The notes under the pieces are model-generated. The model was not told the origin of the DNA, searched no databases, and saw only the letters and a program-made list of their open reading frames with translations. DNA of 64,000 nucleotides, from contig MNUG01000019.1 in the NCBI GenBank assembly GCA_001871905.1, forward strand, positions 40,752-104,751, in the 5' to 3' direction. Positions 1 through 10,517 of this stretch are shown here, in pieces; positions within the stretch are counted from its first letter, which is position 1; every line of letters begins with the position of its first letter. The DNA comes from Alphaproteobacteria bacterium CG1_02_46_17 (GTDB lineage: Bacteria > Pseudomonadota > Alphaproteobacteria > Micavibrionales > Micavibrionaceae). The position numbers and the translations under genes are program-made.

Positions 1-276
1 AGACCTGTTGATGTCGGGGCATTTCTGGATCTGTTTACTGCGCGTATGGATGATGCGCGCCAATTAATGGATCATCAGGGATTTGGCATGGTTCTGGATA
101 AATGGTTAGAAAAAGCGCGTGGGTTGGGTGAAGTTATTCGGGTTCGGACGTTAAAAGAAGAGTTCCACGGAGTTTTCGATGGTCTGGAGCCAAACGGAGC
201 TTTGCGCGTTGTGGTTCAAGGGGAACCAGAGCCACGCATTATCTATGCAGCGGATGTCTTCTTCGGAAAGGAATAA
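1..276 (+). CDS. birA: biotin-protein ligase BirA, C-terminal fragment (5' end lies upstream of the window)
   Basis: Frame 1 is open from base 1 to the TAA at 274-276. The tail NGALRVVVQGEPEPRIIYAADVFF resembles the small C-terminal beta domain of BirA. It sits directly upstream of coaX, as in many alphaproteobacteria. The call rests on a short fragment only. Confidence 0.55.
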   Translation, partial: RPVDVGAFLDLFTARMDDARQLMDHQGFGMVLDKWLEKARGLGEVIRVRTLKEEFHGVFDGLEPNGALRVVVQGEPEPRIIYAADVFFGKE

Positions 277-281
277 AGATT

Positions 282-1061
282 ATGCTTTTGACGATTGATT
301 GCGGCAATACAAATGTCGTTTTTGCTCTTTATGACGGGCAGGCCTTAAGGGGCGTATGGCGTTGTAAAACCGATGCTGCGCGGACTGCCGATGAATATCT
401 GGCGTTTATCTCTCAACATTTCGAATTAACGGCTGTTTCTTTGCGGGATGTGGCGGATGTTATTATTTCTTCCGTGGTACCGGACACTAACTTTTCCCTG
501 ACTGGATTTTGCCAAAAAGGATTTGGTATCAAGCCGTTATTTATAGGCCCTGATATTTCGGCAGACCAGATTGGTATCAAAGTCTTGATTGATCGCCCTC
601 AGGAATTGGGAGCAGACCGGATTGTCAATGCTGTAGCCATTCGGGATTATTACAAGCATGATGCGATTGTCGTTGATTTTGGAACGGCAACCACGATTGA
701 TGTCATCGGTGGTGATGGGGCGTTTCGTGGTGGAATTATTGCCCCGGGGGTCAATTTGTCGATGGCGGCGCTTCATGCGGCGGCAGCAAAACTTCCCAAG
801 ATTAATGTGGCACGTCCGCCCAAGGTCATTGGAACGAATACAGTTGAAGCCATGCAGTCAGGCGTTTTTTACGGTTATGCCGGATTGGTAGATGGGTTGA
901 TTACCCGCATATGCGAGGAATATGGATCAAGCCCGAAAGTGATTGCCACGGGTGGTTTGGCTCCTTTGTTCAGGGAAGTTCTTCCGGTGATTTCCACGAT
1001 TGACGAGGAATTAACACTGAAGGGACTTTTGAGCATTTACCACTCTGTGAAAAACCTATAG
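282..1061 (+). CDS. coaX: type III pantothenate kinase
   Basis: 259 aa. The N-terminal LLTIDCGNTN motif, the DRIVNA and VVDFGTATT ASKHA-fold phosphate motifs, and the C-terminal ATGG are all typical of CoaX. Confidence 0.9.
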   Translation: MLLTIDCGNTNVVFALYDGQALRGVWRCKTDAARTADEYLAFISQHFELTAVSLRDVADVIISSVVPDTNFSLTGFCQKGFGIKPLFIGPDISADQIGIKVLIDRPQELGADRIVNAVAIRDYYKHDAIVVDFGTATTIDVIGGDGAFRGGIIAPGVNLSMAALHAAAAKLPKINVARPPKVIGTNTVEAMQSGVFYGYAGLVDGLITRICEEYGSSPKVIATGGLAPLFREVLPVISTIDEELTLKGLLSIYHSVKNL

Positions 1062-1073
1062 TGTCTGCCCATC

Positions 1074-2759
1074 ATGAAAAAAGTTAATCAATCGGATTTT
1101 GCATCGGGATTTTATTTCCTGCCTTTGGGCGGGAGTGAGCAGTTTGGCGTCAATTTTAACCTGTATTGTTGCGATGGCAAGTGGTTGATACTGGATTGCG
1201 GGATTGGGTTTGCCGATGAACGTTTTCCCAATGTTGATATTTTCCTGCCTGATCCGGAATTTATCGAGCCATATAAAAAAGACATTGCCGGACTTGTTAT
1301 TACCCACGGGCATGAAGATCATATCGGGGCGGTGCCTTATTTATGGCCACGTTTGAAATGTCCGATTTATGCAACGAAATTTACGGCAGCCGTTTTACGC
1401 GCTAAGTTTCGTGATTTTCCGAATTGCAAGGATGCGAAAATTATCGAGATTGACTCACAAGGTGATGCGATCGAGGTCGGCCCATTTTCACTTGAATTTA
1501 TTCATGTGGCGCATTCTATCCCGCAAGCCGTATCAACGGTTATTTCAACGCATTATGGCCGTGTGGTTCATTCGGGAGACTGGAATCTTGACCCTGCTCC
1601 TGTCCTTGGTGCTAAAACCGATGAAGCTGCTTTTCGCGCTGTTGGAGAGCGCGGCGTATTGGCCTATATCGGAGATTCAACCAACGCACCGATTCCCGGA
1701 CGTGCCGGATCTGAGTCAGAGGTCGAGCAGGGGCTAGCTACAGTTTTTGAAGGAATTGACGGGCGTATTCTGGTTACTATTTTCGCGTCCAATGTCGGTC
1801 GCATCCAAAGTATTTGCCGTGCGGCTGAAAAGGTCGGTCGCAGTGTGTGTTTGCTGGGGAGGTCTTTGCACCGCATGGTTTCCAATGCCGGTGAGTGTGG
1901 ATTTCTAACGGATATTCATGATTTCGTGCCGGAAGCGGATTTACCGTCTTTACCTGCCGATAAAACGCTGATTATCGCGACCGGATCACAAGGTGAAGCG
2001 CGCGCGGCTTTGGCGCGGATTTCCCGTGGCGACTGGAAAGGGTTGAAAATGGGACGCAAGGATGTTGCCGTTTTTTCATCCAAAGCCATTCCGGGGAATG
2101 AAAAAGAAATCAATAATGTTAAAAACCATCTGAGTGCCGGTGGGGTCAGGATTATTGACACCAGTAACGCTGGATGCCGTATCCATGTGTCCGGTCACCC
2201 GTATCGGGATGAAATCAGGGATATGTATGAATGGGTAAAACCAGAGTGGGTTATTCCAGTTCATGGTGAATATATGATGTTGGCTGCCCAAGCTTCTTTG
2301 GCGCAAGAATGTGGCATTAAACATACCATCATCCCGCAGAATGGATCGGTTATCCGTTTGGGCCCAGGCGAGCCTAAATTGATCGATCATGTTCCAAGTG
2401 GGGTTCTGGCGGTTGAGCCGCAACGGATTATCAAATCCAATCATGCAGCGATTACCGAACGGAGAAAATTGCAATTTTCCGGAGCGGCACATATCACATT
2501 GGCTTTGGATAGTTCGGGGCGTCTGGCATTTGATCCGCATATGACCTTGATTGGTCTGATTGACGAAAAGGACGAGGCCGAACAGGATATTCTGGGGGAT
2601 TTGTTGCAAGAGATCGAGGATACTCTGGTCGATCTGATGGATGATGGTGTAGCAGATGATGTGCGGATTGAAGAGGATGTCCGTGTGGCTTGCCGCCGTT
2701 ATCTAATGAATGTTTTTGGTTTTAAACCAAAGGTTTCTATCCATTTGTTAAGAGTTTAG
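1074..2759 (+). CDS. rnj: ribonuclease J (metallo-beta-lactamase / beta-CASP family)
   Basis: 561 aa. It carries the HGHEDHIG zinc motif, a beta-CASP-like middle region and the VSGH motif. Size and architecture match RNase J. Confidence 0.88.
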   Translation: MKKVNQSDFASGFYFLPLGGSEQFGVNFNLYCCDGKWLILDCGIGFADERFPNVDIFLPDPEFIEPYKKDIAGLVITHGHEDHIGAVPYLWPRLKCPIYATKFTAAVLRAKFRDFPNCKDAKIIEIDSQGDAIEVGPFSLEFIHVAHSIPQAVSTVISTHYGRVVHSGDWNLDPAPVLGAKTDEAAFRAVGERGVLAYIGDSTNAPIPGRAGSESEVEQGLATVFEGIDGRILVTIFASNVGRIQSICRAAEKVGRSVCLLGRSLHRMVSNAGECGFLTDIHDFVPEADLPSLPADKTLIIATGSQGEARAALARISRGDWKGLKMGRKDVAVFSSKAIPGNEKEINNVKNHLSAGGVRIIDTSNAGCRIHVSGHPYRDEIRDMYEWVKPEWVIPVHGEYMMLAAQASLAQECGIKHTIIPQNGSVIRLGPGEPKLIDHVPSGVLAVEPQRIIKSNHAAITERRKLQFSGAAHITLALDSSGRLAFDPHMTLIGLIDEKDEAEQDILGDLLQEIEDTLVDLMDDGVADDVRIEEDVRVACRRYLMNVFGFKPKVSIHLLRV

Positions 2760-2776
2760 ATCAATAAGGGGTTGTC

Positions 2777-3055
2777 ATGGGGTGGATCAGTGGAATCGTT
2801 GTTTTTCTGATGATTTGGTGGACAACATTGTTTGCGGTTTTGCCGTTTGGCCCTAGGTCTGAAGAGACTCCGCAGGTCGGTAATGCCCATGGAGTTCCAG
2901 ATTTTCCGAGATTAGGGAAAAAGATAATCATTACAACTGTTATTTCCTGTCTATTATGGGTGGTTGTTTATGGACTGATTGCTTCAAATGTCATAAGTTT
3001 TCATGACATGGCTGCCCAAATGGCTGAACAAGATAAATTGATGGAGATCAAGTAA
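2777..3055 (+). CDS. small membrane protein, DUF1467-like
   Basis: 92 aa with two predicted TM segments. The N-terminus IWWTTLFAVLPFG matches my recollection of the alphaproteobacterial DUF1467 family. Confidence 0.6.
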   Translation: MGWISGIVVFLMIWWTTLFAVLPFGPRSEETPQVGNAHGVPDFPRLGKKIIITTVISCLLWVVVYGLIASNVISFHDMAAQMAEQDKLMEIK

Positions 3056-3622
3056 ATGAATAAGACCCTGTTTTTTATGCCTGTGTTATCTGTTTTGTTG
3101 ATAGGGCAAGGTGCATATGCTGCTGATCAAACTGATGGCCTAAGCTCTTCGATGGCAGTTGCCAAGGTTATCTGTGAAAAACATTTTGTGGCAGATGATG
3201 TGAATTATAAACCCGGTGTTGATGTGGATGGGAATCCTGTTGCTCCGGCGGATATATCGGCTCCTCCGATTGATGTTCCAGAATATATGGAAGTCCCTTT
3301 GAGCATTGATCTTGCTCAGGTCATAAAAATTCCTATGGCAGATACTATCGAAATGAAACCTGTCTTAGGGAATTTGAAGCTCTATAAAGATGGTCATGTT
3401 GAATATAACGGTCAGGATATCTCTGATAAGGTCGCAACATTCTGTGGTGTGGATACCCGCAGTAATCCTGATCCCCAACCAGTTGCGGCGCCGCGTGTTA
3501 TAGAAGATCAAAAACCGGTTGCCGGTTCGGTTTCGGCGTCCAGTACTGTAGAACCACCAAAGCCAAAGGCGGCGTTTGGTATTCCACGCAGTACCGTCAA
3601 TATGAATCATACAAGCCAATAG
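3056..3622 (+). CDS. secreted hypothetical protein
   Basis: 188 aa with a signal peptide (MNKTLFFMPVLSVLLIGQGAYA/AD). The start abuts the stop of the preceding gene, and the C-terminal tail is Pro-rich. I recognise no family. Confidence 0.55.
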   Translation: MNKTLFFMPVLSVLLIGQGAYAADQTDGLSSSMAVAKVICEKHFVADDVNYKPGVDVDGNPVAPADISAPPIDVPEYMEVPLSIDLAQVIKIPMADTIEMKPVLGNLKLYKDGHVEYNGQDISDKVATFCGVDTRSNPDPQPVAAPRVIEDQKPVAGSVSASSTVEPPKPKAAFGIPRSTVNMNHTSQ

Positions 3623-3661
3623 GTTTGTGACCGCATAGTTACTAATTTACACAGAGGTTCA

Positions 3662-5149
3662 ATGATGTCTCAGGCACAACAGGCGGCGAAGGCGGCCCCA
3701 CAACGTACGGCAATTACGCCGACCCGTGCTGAAAATTTCCCCGAATGGTATCAGTCAGTCGTCAAGGCTGCGGATATGGCGGAAAATTCACCAGTACGCG
3801 GAGCAATGGTAATTAAACCCTATGGCTATGGGATTTGGGAGCAAATCCAACGGGCTCTCGATGACAAAATCAAGGAAGAAGGAGTACAGAATGCCTATTT
3901 TCCACTTCTTATTCCTCTGAGTTTCATTTCCCGTGAAGCTGATCACGTCGATGGATTTGCCAAGGAATGTGCCGTTGTTACCCATCACCGTTTGGAAAAG
4001 GGGCCGGATGGCGCTCTTATTCCCTCTCCGGATGCCAAGTTGGAAGAGCCTTTTGTCATTCGTCCGACATCAGAAACCATCATCGGGGATTCAATGTCCA
4101 AATGGGTGCAGTCCTATCGTGACTTGCCGTTACTGTTGAATCAATGGTGTAATGTGATGCGGTGGGAAATGCGTACCCGCCTTTTCCTGCGGACATCCGA
4201 ATTCTTGTGGCAAGAAGGTCATAACGCTTTTGAAACGGCCGAACAAGCCGAAGCTGATGCACGCAAGATGTTGGAAGTTTACCGTTCGCTTTACGTGGAT
4301 TTTCTGGCGATGTCTGCATTTTGTGGTGAAAAAACGGCTGACGAGCGGTTCCCCGGTGCGGTTCATACCTATACGATTGAATCAATGATGCAGGATGGCA
4401 AGTCCTTGCAGGCGGCAACGTCGCATAATCTGGGGCAGAATTTTGCCAAGTCCTGCCAGATCAAATTCCAAGGGCGTGACGGAAACGAACATTTTGCCCA
4501 TACAACGTCTTGGGGGCTTTCGACGCGTTCGATAGGTGGATTGATTATGACCCACGGTGATGATGACGGGTTGAGGATGCCGCCGCGTATTGCGCCAATT
4601 CAAGTGATGATTTTGCCGATTACCAAGAATGATGACGGAGCGGCTGCTGTGATTGAATATGCCCAAAAAATTGCAGCACAGCTTAAAACCATTGGCGTTC
4701 GCGTGTCGATTGATCTGTCCGATCAACGGGCTCCGGATAAAATGTGGTCGGCGATCAAGAAGGGTATTCCTTTGCGGGTCGAGGTTGGTGGTCGTGAAGT
4801 CGAAGAGGGCAAGCTGACCCATACATGTCGTGATTTAGGTCGTGAGTCTAAAACATCCTGCACCGTTGCCGAGCTTGTCGGGTCTGTAAAATCCATACTG
4901 GATGACATTCATGGACGGATGTATCAGGCGTCACATAATTTCTCACGGTCGCGGATTGTTGAATGTCAAAGTTCTGCCGCGGTGAAAGAATATTTTGAAA
5001 CAGCGCAAGATATCGGATTTGCAAAAATGCCAGTCGAGTTGTTGCAAGACGAAGCGTTGAATGCATATCGCAAGGAAAATGCATTGACGACGCGGTGTAT
5101 GCCATTTGAAGATGAGGGCCGGATGGTTCTGGTCGGGAAGGCTTATTAA
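3662..5149 (+). CDS. proS: proline--tRNA ligase (eukaryote/archaeal-like type without INS editing domain)
   Basis: 495 aa with class II aaRS motifs (FRDE-like RPTSET, RTSEFLWQEGH, GLSTR). Its length and C-terminal domain are typical of the short ProRS form found in alphaproteobacteria. Confidence 0.93.
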   Translation: MMSQAQQAAKAAPQRTAITPTRAENFPEWYQSVVKAADMAENSPVRGAMVIKPYGYGIWEQIQRALDDKIKEEGVQNAYFPLLIPLSFISREADHVDGFAKECAVVTHHRLEKGPDGALIPSPDAKLEEPFVIRPTSETIIGDSMSKWVQSYRDLPLLLNQWCNVMRWEMRTRLFLRTSEFLWQEGHNAFETAEQAEADARKMLEVYRSLYVDFLAMSAFCGEKTADERFPGAVHTYTIESMMQDGKSLQAATSHNLGQNFAKSCQIKFQGRDGNEHFAHTTSWGLSTRSIGGLIMTHGDDDGLRMPPRIAPIQVMILPITKNDDGAAAVIEYAQKIAAQLKTIGVRVSIDLSDQRAPDKMWSAIKKGIPLRVEVGGREVEEGKLTHTCRDLGRESKTSCTVAELVGSVKSILDDIHGRMYQASHNFSRSRIVECQSSAAVKEYFETAQDIGFAKMPVELLQDEALNAYRKENALTTRCMPFEDEGRMVLVGKAY

Positions 5150-5153
5150 TTCC

Positions 5154-6398
5154 ATGTATTCCCAATTTGAAATCATGATGGCAATGCGGTATCTGCGAGC
5201 GCGAAAGGCCGAAGGCTTTGTGTCGGTGATTGCTGCATTTTCCTTTATCGGCATTATGATTGGCGTGGCAACTTTGATTATTGTCATGTCGGTGATGAAC
5301 GGATTTCATATCCAGTTGGTTGACAGGATTGTTGGGCTGAACGGTCATTTGAATGTTTTCGTGACGGGAGGGCCGATCCAGAATTATCAATCTTTATTGA
5401 ATGATTTGGAACGCGTTGACGGGGTTGTCTCTGCCGCGCCTGTTGTTGAGGGGCAGGTGTTGGTGACATCTCATGGTCAGGCAACCGGAGCGATGGCGCG
5501 CGGATTTACGCAGGAATATTTTAGTCATAAACCTTTGCTCTCCTCGTCCATTGAGTCCGGTTCGATGGATGATTTTTCGGGTAACGTTGTCGCCATCGGT
5601 ATCAAAATGGCTGAACGGTTCGAGGTGCAAGTTGGCGATATGATTACCTTGATGTCTCCAAATGGAAAGGCGTCGCCATTCGGTACGATTCCTCGCACCG
5701 CGCAGTATAAAGTCGTGATGATTTTTGATGTCGGGATGTATGAATATAATTCCGGATATGTGTTTATGCCGCTTGATAGCGCTCAGCGTTTCTTTCAGTT
5801 TCCCGAAACTTCGGCCAATCTGTTGGAAATTATGTCGGATCACCCCGAAAAGATTGATAAAATCAAGACAGCGTTGTCAGTGGTCACCAATGGCCGTGCA
5901 GGGGTTTATGATTGGCGCGATTCCAATAAGAGCTTCTTCTCGGCTGTTGAGGTTGAACGCAATGTCATGTTTATTATTCTGATGCTGATTATCCTGATTG
6001 CCGCATTTAATATTATTTCGAGCATGATTATGTTGGTTAATGACAAGGCGCGGGGTATCGCTATCATGCGCACGATGGGCGCGTTTCAATCCAGTATTTT
6101 GAAGATATTTATTTTAACCGGCGCCAGTGTTGGAATAGCAGGGACGGCCATGGGGGCTGCGCTCGGGATTTTGTTTGCCGTCAATATTGAGAGCATCAGG
6201 CGTTTCTTTGAGCGGTTGACAGATAGCAATCTATTCCCGGGGGAAGTTTATTTCCTGTCTAAACTCCCTGCCGATGTGGATTGGGTCGAAGTAACTTTTA
6301 TTATTGCGATTGCTGTTGTTGTTTCCATTCTAGCGACGATTTATCCAGCACGGCGTGCTGCCAAGCTCGACCCTGTGGAGGCGCTACGCTATGAGTAA
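5154..6398 (+). CDS. lipoprotein-releasing ABC transporter permease, LolC/E family
   Basis: N-terminus MYSQFEIMMAMRYLRARK, a MacB-like periplasmic domain and a C-terminal FtsX 4-TM domain ending PARRAAKLDPVEALRYE. I chose the ATG at 5154, 4 nt after the proS stop, rather than the 5106 ORF start that lies inside proS. Confidence 0.88.
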   Translation: MYSQFEIMMAMRYLRARKAEGFVSVIAAFSFIGIMIGVATLIIVMSVMNGFHIQLVDRIVGLNGHLNVFVTGGPIQNYQSLLNDLERVDGVVSAAPVVEGQVLVTSHGQATGAMARGFTQEYFSHKPLLSSSIESGSMDDFSGNVVAIGIKMAERFEVQVGDMITLMSPNGKASPFGTIPRTAQYKVVMIFDVGMYEYNSGYVFMPLDSAQRFFQFPETSANLLEIMSDHPEKIDKIKTALSVVTNGRAGVYDWRDSNKSFFSAVEVERNVMFIILMLIILIAAFNIISSMIMLVNDKARGIAIMRTMGAFQSSILKIFILTGASVGIAGTAMGAALGILFAVNIESIRRFFERLTDSNLFPGEVYFLSKLPADVDWVEVTFIIAIAVVVSILATIYPARRAAKLDPVEALRYE

Positions 6399-7074
6399 TG
6401 CTGTTTTACTGGAAGCTAGAGGGTTGGAGAAAACACATCATCAGGGGGATGTCTCTCTGACGATCTTCAAAGGCATTTCCATGTCTTTGTGTAAGGGTGA
6501 GATTGTTGCGTTGGTTGGGCCGTCCGGCGCGGGGAAGTCAACTTTACTGCAAATGGTTGGTCTGTTGGATAAGCCAACATCCGGTGAGGTTCTGATCAAT
6601 GGAAAAAATGCCTCCAAGCTGAATGACCATTCCAGAACTTTGTTGCGGCGTTCAAAAATCGGATTTGTTTATCAGTTCCATTTTTTGCAGCCGGAATTTT
6701 CAGCGTTGGAAAATGTGATGATCCCGCAAATGATCGCGGATATTCCTGCGGATAAAGCGAAAGAGCATGCGCGAAAACTTCTTGAGAAAATGGGGTTGGG
6801 CCATAGGCTGGAGCATCGTCCTGCGAGATTGTCTGGCGGAGAGCAGCAACGTGTTGCGATTGCGCGGGCTTTGGCTAATAACCCATCTATTCTGCTTGCC
6901 GATGAACCGACAGGAAATCTCGACCCTAAAACTTCTGAGGAGGTTTTTGCGATGTTGATTGACCGCGTGCGCGGAGCAGGGATCGGCGCGTTGATTGCCA
7001 CGCATAATATGGATTTGGCACGCAAAATGGATCGTGTGTTGATTATGGATCAAGGACAGTTGAAAGAGGCATGA
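6391..7074 (+). CDS. lolD: lipoprotein-releasing ABC transporter ATP-binding protein
   Basis: Walker A GPSGAGKST, signature LSGGEQQRVAIARAL and Walker B ILLADEPTGNLD. The start at 6391 (MSNAVLLEARGL) overlaps the permease stop. Confidence 0.9.
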   Translation: MSNAVLLEARGLEKTHHQGDVSLTIFKGISMSLCKGEIVALVGPSGAGKSTLLQMVGLLDKPTSGEVLINGKNASKLNDHSRTLLRRSKIGFVYQFHFLQPEFSALENVMIPQMIADIPADKAKEHARKLLEKMGLGHRLEHRPARLSGGEQQRVAIARALANNPSILLADEPTGNLDPKTSEEVFAMLIDRVRGAGIGALIATHNMDLARKMDRVLIMDQGQLKEA

Positions 7075-10000
7075 GTGAAGAAGTAAATCACAAATTTATT
7101 CATCTTCATGTGCATTCGGCCTATTCGCTGGCCGAGGGGGCTATCCCTGTCAAATCGCTGGTCAAAAAAGTTAAGGGCATGAAAATGCCCGCTGTTGCTA
7201 TTACAGATTCGGGTAATTTGTTTGGTGCAATGGAATTTTCTCTGGAAGCCTCCAAGTCCGGTATTCAGCCAATCATCGGGTCACGATTATTGGTCGGTGA
7301 GGAAGAGCATCATCTGGTTTTATTGGTTCAAAATGAATCCGGATACTTGAATTTATCAGAATTGATTTCACGGTCTTTTGTTGAATCTGATGGGCAGTCC
7401 AAACCGCGCGTTGAGTGGGAGTGGTTGGAAACATGTTCGGACGGGTTGATTTGCCTGACAGGTGGTGTGAAGGGGCCGATTGGTCAAAATCTTTTGCACA
7501 AACAGCGCGATGCGGCAATTGAAAAAACCAGACATTTGCACTCCATTTTTGGTGACCGTTTATATATTGAGTTGCAGCGCCATCATCAGCCGGATGAGGA
7601 TGCGATTGAAGATGGGCTGATTGATCTGGCGTATGAATTTAATATCCCATTGGTTGCGACCAATGATTGTTATTTCCCGACGGCTGATTTTTATTCGGCG
7701 CATGATGCATTGTTATGTATTGCCGAAGGCCGTTATATTTCAGAAGAAGATCGACGTAAAGTCAGTCCACATCATTTCTTGAAATCTGCAACCGAGATGG
7801 TTGAGTTGTTCAGCGATTTGCCAGAGGCCACGCACAATACGATTGTGATTGCACAAAGATGTTCTTATTTTCTTTCTGTTGTGAAGCCGATTTTGCCACC
7901 GTTTCAGACGGAGAGTGGCCTCAATGAAATTGACGAGATGTCGGTGCAGGCCGTTGAAGGTCTAAAATGGCGATTGGAGAACTTTGTTTTTGAAGACGGA
8001 CAAAGTGCAGAAGAAAAAGCACAGATCACCAAAACATATGAAGATCGCTTGAGATTCGAGCTGGATATTATCAAGGGAATGGGATTTCCCGGATATTTCC
8101 TGATCGTGTCTGATTTTATCAAATGGGCGAAAGCCCATAATATTCCGGTCGGGCCAGGCCGTGGATCGGGGGCAGGGTCTTTGGTTGCATGGTCTCTTCA
8201 GATTACTGACCTTGATCCGTTACAGTTTAATTTGCTGTTCGAGAGGTTTCTCAATCCGGAACGGGTGTCTATGCCTGACTTTGACGTGGATTTTTGTCAG
8301 GATCGACGGGACGAAGTGATCAGCTATGTGCAGAATCGTTACGGTCATGACCATGTGGCGCAGATTATTACATTCGGTAAGTTGCAGGCTCGCGCTGTGG
8401 TGAGAGATGTCGGACGCGTTCTTCAGATGCCTTATGGACAGATTGATAAAATTGCAAAGTTGATTCCGGCGAACCCTGCCAATCCTGTAACATTGGAAGA
8501 GGCATTGGATGGCGATCCGGAACTTCGTGCCAAACGTGAAGACGAACAGGTTGATCGGCTGCTTTCAATTGCATTGAAATTGGAAGGTTTATATCGCCAT
8601 GCTTCGACCCATGCGGCGGGTGTGGTGATCGGTGACAGACCACTGCAAAAACTGGTTCCGCTTTATCGGGATCCACGGTCAGATATTCCGGCAACCCAAT
8701 TCAACATGAAATATGTCGAGCAGGCAGGATTGGTCAAGTTCGACTTCTTGGGTCTAAAAACCCTCACGGTTATTCAAAAAGCGATTGAATATATAAAAAC
8801 GTCGCAAGGGATTGAAATCGAGATCTTGAAAATCCCTCTGGATGACAAAAAATCCTATGACATGATTTCGTCAGGAAATTCGACTGGTGTGTTCCAGTTG
8901 GAAAGTTCTGGTATGCGCGACACGCTGCGCAAAATGAAGCCCAACCGATTTGAGGATATTATCGCTTTGGTGGCGCTCTATCGTCCGGGGCCGATGGATA
9001 ATATCCCGAAATATATTGATGTTAAGGAAGGTCGGGAAAAGCCCGATTATCTGCACCCGAAATTGCAGACCATTCTGGAAGAAACATACGGCATCATGGT
9101 GTATCAGGAACAGGTGATGCAAGCCGCACAGATACTTTCCGGTTATACGCTTGGCGGGGCGGATTTGCTTCGTCGTGCGATGGGTAAAAAAATCAAGGAA
9201 GAAATGGACCAGCAACGGGCAATGTTTGTCGAGGGTGCTGGAATTCATTCCAACGTAAAACCCGAACGTGCCGCAGAGATATTTGTCCAGATCGAGAAAT
9301 TTGCCGGATATGGTTTTAATAAATCACATGCGGCGGCATATGCGTTGGTGGCTTATCAGACGGCATGGCTCAAGGCCAATTATCCGGTTGAATTTATGGC
9401 AGCGATCATGACGCTTGATATGGGGAATACGGACAAGCTTGCTGTGTTCCGTCAGGCGTTGCAACAGATGGATATTCCGTTGCTGTTGCCGGATGTCAAT
9501 AAGTCGGGAGCCGAGTTTCTGGTTGAAAATAATTGCGTGCGGTATGCCCTTGCCGCGGTCAAGGGTGTTGGCACACAGGCGATGTTGTCTTTGATTGCGG
9601 AAAGAGACAAGAGCGGCCCGTTCAAGGATCTGGAAGATTTCTTGAAACGAATGGATGCCAGATCTCTTAATAAAAAACAATTTGAAAATCTTGTGGCAGC
9701 AGGAGCTTTGGATTCCATTCATCCCAATCGGGCACAGCTTTATGTTGGGTCAGAAAAACTTGTTCATTATGCGGCGGCGCTTGCCGAAGAGCGGAATAGT
9801 TCGCAAAATAGTTTGTTTGCCATGGAAGATACCGCGTCCACGGATTTGATTGCCCAGCATTTGCCGCAAATTCCTGAGTGGTCACCCCTTGATAAGCTTT
9901 CCTATGAGTTTTCTTCGATCGGATTTTTTCTGTCTGCCCATCCACTTGACTCCAAAGCCGCGCAGTTGGAGCGAATGAGGATCGTTAATTATGCCAAAGT

Positions 10001-10517
10001 TGAAAGTGGGTTACTGGATCGGCCGATCATGCGAGTTCAGATGGCTGGGGTATTGCTTAGAAAATCCGAGAAGATTTCTGCAAAATCCGGAAACAAGTTT
10101 GCATTCTTATCCTTATCAGACAGTTCCGGTGTTTATGAAGTTGTGTTGTTTTCGGAAGTCTTGGCGCGGTCACGGGATTTTCTTGAAGTTGGCAAGTCGT
10201 TATTGTTGACGGCAGATGCCGAGCAAAAAGAAGATCAAATCCGGCTTACTGTTCATGATATCAAGCCGCTTGATGAAATTCTGATTGATCGTGTGCATGA
10301 GGTTGAGTTGTGCATGGATAAAACCGATCAGATCGAGAAATTGAAAGAAGCCTTGGAAAAGGCAGGAAAAGGAAAATCGCGCTTTGTTGTGCAGGTGTTC
10401 TCTCCTGCTGTTGGAAAAGTGGTGCGGCTTTGTTTGCCCGAATTTTATAATTTTACGTCCGAACTGAGAGATAATCTTTACCGCGTGCCGGGTCTTAAAT
10501 CTTTAAGTGAGAGATGA
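7071..10517 (+). CDS. dnaE: DNA polymerase III alpha subunit
   Basis: 1148 aa with an N-terminal PHP domain (HLHVHSAYSL), a polymerase core (PDFDVDF, GLVKFDFLGLKTLT) and an OB-fold C-terminus. Its start overlaps the lolD stop as ATGA. Confidence 0.97.
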   Translation: MSEEVNHKFIHLHVHSAYSLAEGAIPVKSLVKKVKGMKMPAVAITDSGNLFGAMEFSLEASKSGIQPIIGSRLLVGEEEHHLVLLVQNESGYLNLSELISRSFVESDGQSKPRVEWEWLETCSDGLICLTGGVKGPIGQNLLHKQRDAAIEKTRHLHSIFGDRLYIELQRHHQPDEDAIEDGLIDLAYEFNIPLVATNDCYFPTADFYSAHDALLCIAEGRYISEEDRRKVSPHHFLKSATEMVELFSDLPEATHNTIVIAQRCSYFLSVVKPILPPFQTESGLNEIDEMSVQAVEGLKWRLENFVFEDGQSAEEKAQITKTYEDRLRFELDIIKGMGFPGYFLIVSDFIKWAKAHNIPVGPGRGSGAGSLVAWSLQITDLDPLQFNLLFERFLNPERVSMPDFDVDFCQDRRDEVISYVQNRYGHDHVAQIITFGKLQARAVVRDVGRVLQMPYGQIDKIAKLIPANPANPVTLEEALDGDPELRAKREDEQVDRLLSIALKLEGLYRHASTHAAGVVIGDRPLQKLVPLYRDPRSDIPATQFNMKYVEQAGLVKFDFLGLKTLTVIQKAIEYIKTSQGIEIEILKIPLDDKKSYDMISSGNSTGVFQLESSGMRDTLRKMKPNRFEDIIALVALYRPGPMDNIPKYIDVKEGREKPDYLHPKLQTILEETYGIMVYQEQVMQAAQILSGYTLGGADLLRRAMGKKIKEEMDQQRAMFVEGAGIHSNVKPERAAEIFVQIEKFAGYGFNKSHAAAYALVAYQTAWLKANYPVEFMAAIMTLDMGNTDKLAVFRQALQQMDIPLLLPDVNKSGAEFLVENNCVRYALAAVKGVGTQAMLSLIAERDKSGPFKDLEDFLKRMDARSLNKKQFENLVAAGALDSIHPNRAQLYVGSEKLVHYAAALAEERNSSQNSLFAMEDTASTDLIAQHLPQIPEWSPLDKLSYEFSSIGFFLSAHPLDSKAAQLERMRIVNYAKVESGLLDRPIMRVQMAGVLLRKSEKISAKSGNKFAFLSLSDSSGVYEVVLFSEVLARSRDFLEVGKSLLLTADAEQKEDQIRLTVHDIKPLDEILIDRVHEVELCMDKTDQIEKLKEALEKAGKGKSRFVVQVFSPAVGKVVRLCLPEFYNFTSELRDNLYRVPGLKSLSER

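Noticed and set aside
5106-5153. 5' extensions offered by the ORF track for several genes (lolC/E 5106, lolD 6355, gltA 24704, yqgE 32439, paralog B 38604, split ORF 40339, HAD 53528, hfq 54292, 57300, 58138, fdxA 61348)
   Set aside because: In each case the extension overlaps the upstream gene or lacks similarity to the family N-terminus. An internal ATG or GTG with a Shine-Dalgarno matches the conserved protein start.
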